NCBI GenBank assembly: GCA_965230905.1
Contig: OZ246396.1
Location: 1,260,001-1,292,000 of the forward strand
DNA length: 32,000 nt
Direction of reading: 5' to 3'
Source: Candidatus Saccharimonadota bacterium
GTDB lineage: Bacteria; Patescibacteriota; Gracilibacteria; UBA1369; 2-02-FULL-48-14
The position numbers and the translations under genes were made by a program. The notes beneath the pieces were generated by a model. That model was not told where the DNA came from. It worked only from the letters and a program-made list of their open reading frames with translations, and did no database searches. Below are positions 25,773 through 32,000 of this stretch, one piece after another; position 1 is the first letter of the stretch; the number at the start of each line of letters is the position of its first letter.

Positions 25773-26330
25773 CTATTCTAACCAACTCTTTAAAAGCGTC
25801 ACTTCATTTGTTTGACTCTCAATGATGGCATCTGCCAATTCAAGAAGTTCTGACCTTTCAGTGATTTCTTTGATTTGTTCAGCCATCATGATCGCCCCTT
25901 CGTGATGTTCAATCATACCTGCAATATAGGTCTGATCCAATTCATCTGCCTCGAGATCAGAAAGGTCAGACATCATAGCCATGTAGTCGTCGCTTGCTTT
26001 AAAGCTGGTTCCAAACCACTCAGCACCCCATGCTTCCATCTTAGCGATTTCTGCGGTCTGTGCATCTATAATGTTTTGAGCAAGTGCTTTCAACTCTGCA
26101 TTCGTAGATTTTTCAAGAGTGATCTTGGATGTATCGATCGCTTCTTGGTGATGTGGAATCATCATCGAAATAAAATCTTCATCACTTGCAAGCATCATCT
26201 CTCCTCCCGTGTCATGGTTCATCATTGAATTGTCATCGTCCATCATCGTGTCGTAGCGGTCTCCAGACTCACAGGCAGTGAGAAGGAGTGAAGTAATGAG
26301 GACTGAGAAGAAAAGTAAGAAGTTCTTCAT
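25773..26330 (-). CDS. DUF305 family lipoprotein (copper-resistance-associated four-helix-bundle protein)
   Basis: Lipobox SLLLTAC. A Met-rich linker (TMMDDDNSMMNHDTGGEMM) is followed by two DUF305 repeats (MMIPHHQEAIDTSK...; GMIEHHEGAIMMAE...). Confidence 0.85.
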   Translation of the reverse strand: MKNFLLFFSVLITSLLLTACESGDRYDTMMDDDNSMMNHDTGGEMMLASDEDFISMMIPHHQEAIDTSKITLEKSTNAELKALAQNIIDAQTAEIAKMEAWGAEWFGTSFKASDDYMAMMSDLSDLEADELDQTYIAGMIEHHEGAIMMAEQIKEITERSELLELADAIIESQTNEVTLLKSWLE

Positions 26331-26362
26331 AAGGGATTGGATTAGAATGTAAGGTTATTTTA

Positions 26363-28627
26363 TTAAAGTTTCTTCGTCTTAAGTCGTAAAGAATTCCCAA
26401 CCACCGATACACTTGAGAAGGCCATAGCCAAACCTGCGAACACGGGACTTAGTAGCCACTGGAATAAAGGGTAGAAGGCACCTGCCGCTAAAGGGATGCC
26501 GACGATGTTATAAAAGAAAGCCCAGAAGAGATTTTGTTTGATTCCACGCATCGTGATTTTTGAGAGCTTAATTGCCTTTACGAGTTTTGAAATGTCTCCG
26601 TGAAGGAGTGTGATCCCTGCAGACTCTATCGCCACATCCGTTCCTGTGGCCATTGCAATGCCCACGTCCGCCTGGGCAAGTGCGGGGGCGTCGTTCACAC
26701 CATCTCCAGCCATAGCCACTATTTTACCTTCGGCTTGGAGTTTCTTAATGATATTCAGTTTATCCTCGGGCAAAACTTCAGCCACCACTTCATCAATGCC
26801 TGCTTCCTTAGAAATATATGCAGCTGTGTTTTTATTGTCGCCCGTGAGCATCACCACTTGGAGGCCAAGCTTATGAAGGTGAGCGATGGCTTCTTTGGCT
26901 TCGGGTTTAATGGCATCGGCCACGAGGGCTATGGCGAGCACTTCTTTTTCTGTAGCGAGGATGATTGGAGTTTTGCCCTGTGCTGTTTCTTTTTCAATCA
27001 AGCTGGAATCAATCGTTAGTTTAAGGTCATGGATCAATTTTTCATTGCCCACGTAGTAAGTGGTCTCACCGATGCTTCCCTTAAGTCCTTTTCCTTTTAT
27101 CCCTTCAAAATCGGCGACGGTATGGAGTGAAAGCTTTTTCTCGGTCGCCGCATTTAAGATGGCATGAGCGATGGGGTGTTCGGATTTCTTTTCAAGTGAG
27201 GCTAGAATAGAAAGCAGTTCGTCGTCCGTTTTACCCGACAGTTTTATGATTGAAATCAGTTCTGGTTTTCCTTTAGTGATAGTCCCTGTTTTATCTACCA
27301 CCACGGTAGTCACCTTGTGAAGTTTTTCAAGCGTGGCTGCATCTTTAATGAGGATTCCTTCTTTTGCCCCTTTACCCACTCCAACAATAATCGCAGTTGG
27401 AGTCGCTAGACCAAGAGCACAGGGGCAGGCGATCACTAGAATGCTAACGAAGGAAACGAGTCCGTAAGAAAGTGCTTGTGAAAAGCCCAAATATAGAGTC
27501 CCAATACTTAGCCACACGGCAAGTGCTACGAAAGCAAAGACCAATACGACGGGGACGAAAACGCTGGAAATTTTATCGGCCAGGGCTTGGATGGGGGCTT
27601 TGCTGCCCTGAGCTTCTTCAACCATCTTTATGATGTGAGCGAGCATGGTTTCAGAACCCACTTTGCTTGCCTTAAAAGTAAAAGAACCGCTGGTGTTCAT
27701 GGTTCCACCCACCACTTTATCGCCTACGGTTTTATGAACTGGCATTGGTTCGCCCGTGACCATGGATTCGTCGATGTAAGAAGAGCCTTCGGTCAGTTCA
27801 CCATCCACGGGAATTTTACCGGCGGGTTTCACAACAATAAGGTCGCCTTTCACGACCTGATCAATCGGAAGCTCCACTTCTTTGCCATCACGGATCACGA
27901 GAGCGGTTTTAGCTTGAAGATTCAGAAGTTTTTCAATGGCGTCCCCTGTTTTGAGTTTCGATCGTGATTCTAAATATTTACCTAGGGTGATGAAGGTGAT
28001 CACCACGATGGTCACGTCGTAATAGCTGTGCTCTGTGTTTATATAAGCAGAGAGCGGTGCCTCAAAAGCGGTGACAACGAAGCTGTACAAATAGGCAGCC
28101 ACGGTGCCAATTCCAATCAATGTGTCCATGTTTGCTTTGCCGTAGCGAAGAAAACGATAGAAGCCGAGCAAGTAAGGTTTACCTACCACAAAGAGTACAT
28201 AGGTAGCCATGAGTGGTAGGAGATGGTGGAAAAATTCCATCCAAATTTCAGGTATAGGAGATAGCACACCGAATTGAATCAAAGCGTCCCAAGTCATTAG
28301 GAAAATACTGAAGGCAGCCAAAGGAAGAGCGGAGAGGACCAATGTTCTGAGTTCGGAAAGTTCCTTGAGTTTTTCTGTCTTGGTTTGACCCATGCCTGTG
28401 TGCTTGGAATGATCTTCTTCAAGCACGAGCGAGTAGCCCAGCGGTTCAATCTTTTTTGAAAGGTCGGCTGCGTGTACTTTGTGCTCATCAAATGCAACCT
28501 TTGCGGTTTCCGTTCCGTAGTTCACTTCTGCGGAAGTGACGCCCTCGGTTTTTTTAAAAGTTCTTTCAATGATTCCTGCGCAGGAAGCGCAGTGCATGCC
28601 TTTGATCTTATAGGTACTGGTGTTCAT
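26363..28627 (-). CDS. copA: copper-translocating P1B-type ATPase
   Basis: 754 aa with one N-terminal HMA domain (GMHCASC). Motifs present: TM CPC ([12 protein letters not shown]), [17 protein letters not shown], and the Cu(I)-type TM signatures [13 protein letters not shown] and [15 protein letters not shown]. Confidence 0.97.
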   Translation of the reverse strand: MNTSTYKIKGMHCASCAGIIERTFKKTEGVTSAEVNYGTETAKVAFDEHKVHAADLSKKIEPLGYSLVLEEDHSKHTGMGQTKTEKLKELSELRTLVLSALPLAAFSIFLMTWDALIQFGVLSPIPEIWMEFFHHLLPLMATYVLFVVGKPYLLGFYRFLRYGKANMDTLIGIGTVAAYLYSFVVTAFEAPLSAYINTEHSYYDVTIVVITFITLGKYLESRSKLKTGDAIEKLLNLQAKTALVIRDGKEVELPIDQVVKGDLIVVKPAGKIPVDGELTEGSSYIDESMVTGEPMPVHKTVGDKVVGGTMNTSGSFTFKASKVGSETMLAHIIKMVEEAQGSKAPIQALADKISSVFVPVVLVFAFVALAVWLSIGTLYLGFSQALSYGLVSFVSILVIACPCALGLATPTAIIVGVGKGAKEGILIKDAATLEKLHKVTTVVVDKTGTITKGKPELISIIKLSGKTDDELLSILASLEKKSEHPIAHAILNAATEKKLSLHTVADFEGIKGKGLKGSIGETTYYVGNEKLIHDLKLTIDSSLIEKETAQGKTPIILATEKEVLAIALVADAIKPEAKEAIAHLHKLGLQVVMLTGDNKNTAAYISKEAGIDEVVAEVLPEDKLNIIKKLQAEGKIVAMAGDGVNDAPALAQADVGIAMATGTDVAIESAGITLLHGDISKLVKAIKLSKITMRGIKQNLFWAFFYNIVGIPLAAGAFYPLFQWLLSPVFAGLAMAFSSVSVVGNSLRLKTKKL

Positions 28628-28649
28628 AGTTATGGGTGTGCTTTTTAAA

Positions 28650-28871
28650 TTAAAGGATCTCCCCTCGCTTCTCCAGCATCATGTGATGGATGGTCGCAAT
28701 CTGAATCCAAATTGCAATAAGGATAAGAATGGCCGTGCAGAACAAAGCGTCAGCCTTTGTAACTCCGAATACCAGGTTATCTGCTCCGCCGATCATGGCG
28801 ACTAGTAGGGTAATGACTCCGGCAAAGCCCACTACAATACTAATCAGATGCATTAATTTAGATAGTTTCAT
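28650..28871 (-). CDS. small 2-TM membrane protein (73 aa) with C-terminal HHMM motif
   Basis: Two hydrophobic helices ([21 protein letters not shown]; [19 protein letters not shown]) are followed by [12 protein letters not shown]. It is packed between the YHS gene and copA on the same strand, with gaps of 17 and 22 nt. Confidence 0.55.
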   Translation of the reverse strand: MKLSKLMHLISIVVGFAGVITLLVAMIGGADNLVFGVTKADALFCTAILILIAIWIQIATIHHMMLEKRGEIL

Positions 28872-28888
28872 ATGATTGAGTTAAATGA

Positions 28889-29071
28889 TTAATTAAGATA
28901 TTTTTCTGGATCACTTACAAATTGATCCTTACACGCTGCGTTGCAGAAGTAATAGATGGCTCCTTTGTGCGCAAATTGTAGGGTTTCTTCTGTGGGTTCA
29001 AGCCCCATGCCACAAACTACGTCCTTAACTGGAGATGAATTTTTGGGACTGCAACAGGATGAATTTTCCAT
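28889..29071 (-). CDS. YHS (TRASH-like) domain metal-binding protein (60 aa)
   Basis: VVCGMGLEP...GAIYYFCNAACKDQFVSDPEKYL matches the YHS pattern. There is an N-terminal SSCCSP. Confidence 0.8.
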   Translation of the reverse strand: MENSSCCSPKNSSPVKDVVCGMGLEPTEETLQFAHKGAIYYFCNAACKDQFVSDPEKYLN

Positions 29072-29177
29072 GGTTTTATTGTTTATTGGATAAGTACACT
29101 CTCAATACATTCGTTTACCGGTGTACGACTTTCGTTTTAAATTTTTGATTTAACATGGATAGAGGTGGTGAATAGAC

Positions 29178-29450
29178 CTAACGATGAGACGATGTATAAA
29201 CTTCGATCAGTTCTTTAATTGCTTTTTCTTGTTGCGCTGGGTCTTGCATTTGGTGTTTGACGTGAGAGCCTAGATGATTCTCCAAAAGTAGTTTGTCTAA
29301 ACTTTTGAGCGAATTTTGGATGGAGTAGGATTGGTGAAGAAGTGACGTACAGTATTCCTCACTTTCTATACTTCGCATCAATGCCTCAAGTTGGCCTTTT
29401 AGGATCTTGGCGCGATGAAGCGCTCTTTTTTTGATATTCTGGTTGACCAT
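29178..29450 (-). CDS. CsoR/RcnR/FrmR (DUF156) family metal-sensing transcriptional repressor
   Basis: 90-aa all-helical protein: KILKGQLEALMRSIESEEYCTSLLHQSYSIQNSLKSLDKLLLENHLGSHV. The candidate ligands are C34, H59 and H63, spaced 25 and 4 residues apart as in the family. Confidence 0.85.
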   Translation of the reverse strand: MVNQNIKKRALHRAKILKGQLEALMRSIESEEYCTSLLHQSYSIQNSLKSLDKLLLENHLGSHVKHQMQDPAQQEKAIKELIEVYTSSHR

Positions 29451-29470
29451 ATTTAGCGATTAATGACCAG

Positions 29471-29504
29471 TACCCCTATACCCTATTAACTCTTGGCCAG
29501 TCAA
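29471..29504 (-). promoter_or_regulatory. candidate promoter (TTGACT / TATAGG) with overlapping tandem G-tract operator for the csoR-like operon
   Basis: The minus strand reads TTGACT (29504-29499), an 18-nt spacer, then TATAGG (29480-29475). Overlapping the -10 is TAGGGTATAGGGGTA (29485-29471), two tandem TA-G3/4-TA units. This resembles the G/C-tract sites flanked by AT-rich inverted repeats that this repressor family binds. Confidence 0.35.
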
Positions 29505-29572
29505 GGCAACAGCTTATATATACACGGTTGCTCTGAACCTGTAGAACTTCTGTGACATATAAAACCGTATAA

Positions 29573-29716
29573 ATGTCTCGATCTTTGAACAAATCATCCC
29601 CCGAAGCTGGACCGTATAAAATCTTCACTCAATTTCAGCATGAAGGGAAAACTCCAGATGAGACTTCTGATGAAGAAGCTATGCCAGGAATGGATCACTC
29701 TATGATGGGGCATTAA
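29573..29716 (+). CDS. candidate small ORF (47 aa) ending in a Met/His copper-type motif (not in the ORF track, below its length cutoff)
   Basis: Hand translation gives MSRSLNKSSPEAGPYKIFTQFQHEGKTPDETSDEEAMPGMDHSMMGH followed by stop. It lies divergent from the csoR-like gene in an otherwise about 250-nt noncoding gap. Its C-terminus resembles the Met/His-rich repeats I recall from CopA/PcoA proteins (from memory; check the exact consensus) and DNSMMNH in the DUF305 protein of this island. Confidence 0.3.
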   Translation: MSRSLNKSSPEAGPYKIFTQFQHEGKTPDETSDEEAMPGMDHSMMGH

Positions 29717-30131
29717 AAGCCATCCATAAGGATATAGTCAGCACGCCGAAACCAATGAGTATCCCGACGGCAAAAATATTAAATAAGATTGAACAGGTGG
29801 CAATTAAAAAGGGCCGGAGCAAGGAAGGACGGTTTTTTTTGTGACTTACGTATATCAGCGTTATCCACAGCAATAGAGCTAGGATCAATAAAGTAGCTTC
29901 ACTGTTTAGTGAGTAATCAAAAAATTTCATCAGGGGAAAGAATATAAGCAGAGCTAGGATTAATGTGTAAAGTTCGCACATTAATAGATGCTTAAAGCAC
30001 AAGCTCATTTGAAGTCTCTTCTTTAGTAGTAACCGAGAAAAAAGACAATAAATGGCTGGTAGAAGAATCAGGAAATCTGCCAAGAGAAGGAGCAGAAAGG
30101 AAAGAACAAAAATGAAACTCGGTCCCATCAT
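29700..30131 (-). CDS. hypothetical polytopic membrane protein (143 aa)
   Basis: Four or five Leu/Ile/Phe-rich hydrophobic segments in a very AT-rich gene. No recognised family. Coding status is moderately uncertain. Confidence 0.5.
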   Translation of the reverse strand: MMGPSFIFVLSFLLLLLADFLILLPAIYCLFSRLLLKKRLQMSLCFKHLLMCELYTLILALLIFFPLMKFFDYSLNSEATLLILALLLWITLIYVSHKKNRPSLLRPFLIATCSILFNIFAVGILIGFGVLTISLWMAFNAPS

Positions 30132-30338
30132 AGTTTTAAATCTTACGCATAATGAATAACTTTTCCCCCATTATCCTAGGGCAAATAGTCTTAGTCCAGA
30201 CCATTTAAAGTGCCATCTTTTTTATACCGTCTCATTGTCTCATTTAGCATGAAACGCCACAATTGTTTCTCACGGCAAGAAACGGTAGGATTAGGCAGTC
30301 CATGATTAATTGACCGAAACATCTCTCATTATACCGCT

Positions 30339-31994
30339 ATGCAGACTGTTGCCATTTTTGGTGCTGGCGTCGCGGGACTGAGTGCCGCTCATGAATTTTC
30401 ACGATTGGGATATCAAGTAACGATTTATGAATCGAATCCGGATGCTGGAGGGTTTTTTAGAAGTGCGCGAATGGCCAAAGATGAAGGAATGCCGTCTGAA
30501 TATTCGTGGCATGGTTTTGGTCCTTGGTATCACAATACGTATGAAATCATGAAACAGATTCCGTTTGACGACAACAACAGCGTTTATGATAAAAGTCTTT
30601 CGAGGTCAATCAATTATGGTATTGCCTATGATCAGACAAACGAAGATGAGGATGTGAACGACAGCTTTAGAATGTTAAAACGGTTTCGAATGACAACGTG
30701 GGACAAAATGCGATGGGCAATCTTGCTTTTTAAAACGTGGAGCGCAAATAATCGTACAAAGGAATATTATTCAAGGCTAAATGCTTCGGAAGCATGGAAA
30801 CCAATCATGAGCGATCGGGGCTGGAAAACATGGCGTGCAACATTTGGCCCTTGGGTTGGGTCTGATTGGACGCGCGCATCGCTCCATCATGTCGGACAAT
30901 TTTTTCGTCACAATCTCATGTCCGGAGAAAGGCATGACCATAAAGGTGATGATCAAGGAGAAGAATGGTCTCAAGGCTCAGGTGACGGCTGGCTTCTGCT
31001 TCGCGGACCAAGCAACGAATTCTGGTTCGATAAATGGATAAAATATCTTCAAGAAAAAGGGGTCAAGATGGTTTGGCAAACATCGCTACAGAAGCTTGTC
31101 TATGATGGTAAAAGCATCACTGGAGCTTGTTTGGCATCTGGAGACATGGTTTGTGCAGATATTTATGTCGTTGCGACAAGTCCTTTTTCTGCTGCTGATA
31201 TTTTTGACCAAACACCAGAGCTTGCAGCTTTGGACGAACTACGTCTTTTTAGACCACTTGTAGGCGATGGTCCACACACGCAAGTCTCTTTCCGTCTAGC
31301 ATTTTCCGAACGAGTATCTTGGCCCAAAGAAAGAAGTGCGCTTCTTCTGCCCGATTCAGAATTCAATCTGACGCTTTTTCCAGAAGAACAAGTGTGGTCA
31401 GACGATGTAGCACTTGGTGACGGTGTTATTTCATTATGGACCGGTACTGCCTGTGTGGCGTCGGTACCAGGGAAAATATATGGTCTACCGCTTGCCCGTT
31501 GTACAAAAGAACAATTCATTGAAGAAATAAAAGATCAGCTTTTCCGCTGTGCGGATTTAAATCGTCTGCTGAAGCAAGCAAATCAAGGAAGAGAGTTAAA
31601 AGATTTTTCTTTGTTAAGAATTGAAGTCTGGCATGAGTGGCAATTCTCTTCAGCAGGTATTAAACCACGCCAGCCCAAGTGGGTAATGAGTAATCATACT
31701 CAGCCATATCTCCCAACCCAACAAACACCGGTTTCAAATTTGCTTCTTGCAGGTGCTCACACGAAAACAGATGCAGATATTTGGAGTATCGAGGCTGCGG
31801 TTGAGAGCGGCCGACGTGCCGTAAAAGTCATCGAACCAGGCGTTCATGTTATTACGCAATACAAGCCAGCCTGGCTTCGTGCAATCAGTGTCATCGATGA
31901 CATTTGTTTCCGCTTGAGACTTCCCCATATCATCGATGTCCTCCTCTGTATTGTTCCTGTAATCATAATTCTTTCCCTAGTGAGACTTGCATAG
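30339..31994 (+). CDS. FAD-dependent oxidoreductase (amine oxidase / phytoene desaturase superfamily) with C-terminal TM anchor
   Basis: The N-terminal dinucleotide fold reads VAIFGAGVAGLSAAHEFSRLGYQVTIYESNPDAGG. The C-terminal FAD motif reads LLLAGAHTKTDADIWSIEAAVESGRRA. The final about 25 aa are hydrophobic (IIDVLLCIVPVIIILSLVRLA). Confidence 0.85.
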   Translation: MQTVAIFGAGVAGLSAAHEFSRLGYQVTIYESNPDAGGFFRSARMAKDEGMPSEYSWHGFGPWYHNTYEIMKQIPFDDNNSVYDKSLSRSINYGIAYDQTNEDEDVNDSFRMLKRFRMTTWDKMRWAILLFKTWSANNRTKEYYSRLNASEAWKPIMSDRGWKTWRATFGPWVGSDWTRASLHHVGQFFRHNLMSGERHDHKGDDQGEEWSQGSGDGWLLLRGPSNEFWFDKWIKYLQEKGVKMVWQTSLQKLVYDGKSITGACLASGDMVCADIYVVATSPFSAADIFDQTPELAALDELRLFRPLVGDGPHTQVSFRLAFSERVSWPKERSALLLPDSEFNLTLFPEEQVWSDDVALGDGVISLWTGTACVASVPGKIYGLPLARCTKEQFIEEIKDQLFRCADLNRLLKQANQGRELKDFSLLRIEVWHEWQFSSAGIKPRQPKWVMSNHTQPYLPTQQTPVSNLLLAGAHTKTDADIWSIEAAVESGRRAVKVIEPGVHVITQYKPAWLRAISVIDDICFRLRLPHIIDVLLCIVPVIIILSLVRLA

Positions 31995-32000
31995 AATACA

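Noticed and set aside
1-32000. CRISPR arrays, IS elements, integrases, rRNA genes and alternative genetic code (UGA recoding)
   Set aside because: No regularly spaced direct repeats were seen, and no ORF has transposase or integrase motifs. Conserved genes (tal, tkt, gnd) terminate cleanly at TGA where their homologues end, so UGA is a stop.
23600-32000. Direct repeat of the tRNA-Gln 3' end that would mark the far att site of an integrated island
   Set aside because: Scanning by eye, I found only an 8-nt coincidence (TCATCCCC near 29594). That is too short to be meaningful. The boundary, if any, is probably outside the window, and this needs a computed search.

Overview
This is a gene-dense bacterial window with 36 supported protein-coding genes (one further candidate small ORF is flagged separately) and 2 tRNAs. 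I saw no rRNA, CRISPR array, transposase or integrase. UGA, UAA and UAG are all used as ordinary stops, so the standard code applies. The lineage cannot be named from sequence alone; the tight packing, absence of Shine-Dalgarno motifs and many orphan proteins would fit an uncultivated small-genome bacterium. Positions 1-22870 are mostly core genes: typA, a nearly complete pentose-phosphate set in two convergent, translationally coupled operons (tal-pgi-tkt-TauE on +; gnd-zwf-pgl-lipoprotein on -, downstream of rpmA), mutY with a canonical Nudix box, an M23 peptidase, an SLH-anchored HExxH protein, a LOG-family protein, a CPBP protease, a matrixin-like lipoprotein, a VKOR-partner-type thioredoxin lipoprotein and tRNA-His. 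From about 22.9 kb the sequence becomes visibly more AT-rich and looks accessory. It holds a solitary MazF/PemK-like toxin and tRNA-Gln, followed by a copper-handling island. On the + strand the island carries a His/Met/Cys-rich small exported protein, an HMA-7TM(CcdA/DsbD_2-like)-cupredoxin fusion and CopZ. Convergent on the - strand are a CsoR/RcnR-family repressor, a YHS protein, a 2-TM protein, CopA and DUF305. The window ends with a polytopic membrane protein and a tail-anchored flavoprotein. The best candidates for something undescribed are the fusion module, an untracked 47-codon ORF ending MPGMDHSMMGH, the repressor's non-canonical C-H-H ligand set, and a Met/His motif that recurs across island proteins. 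All functional calls rest on motifs read by eye; no database search was run.
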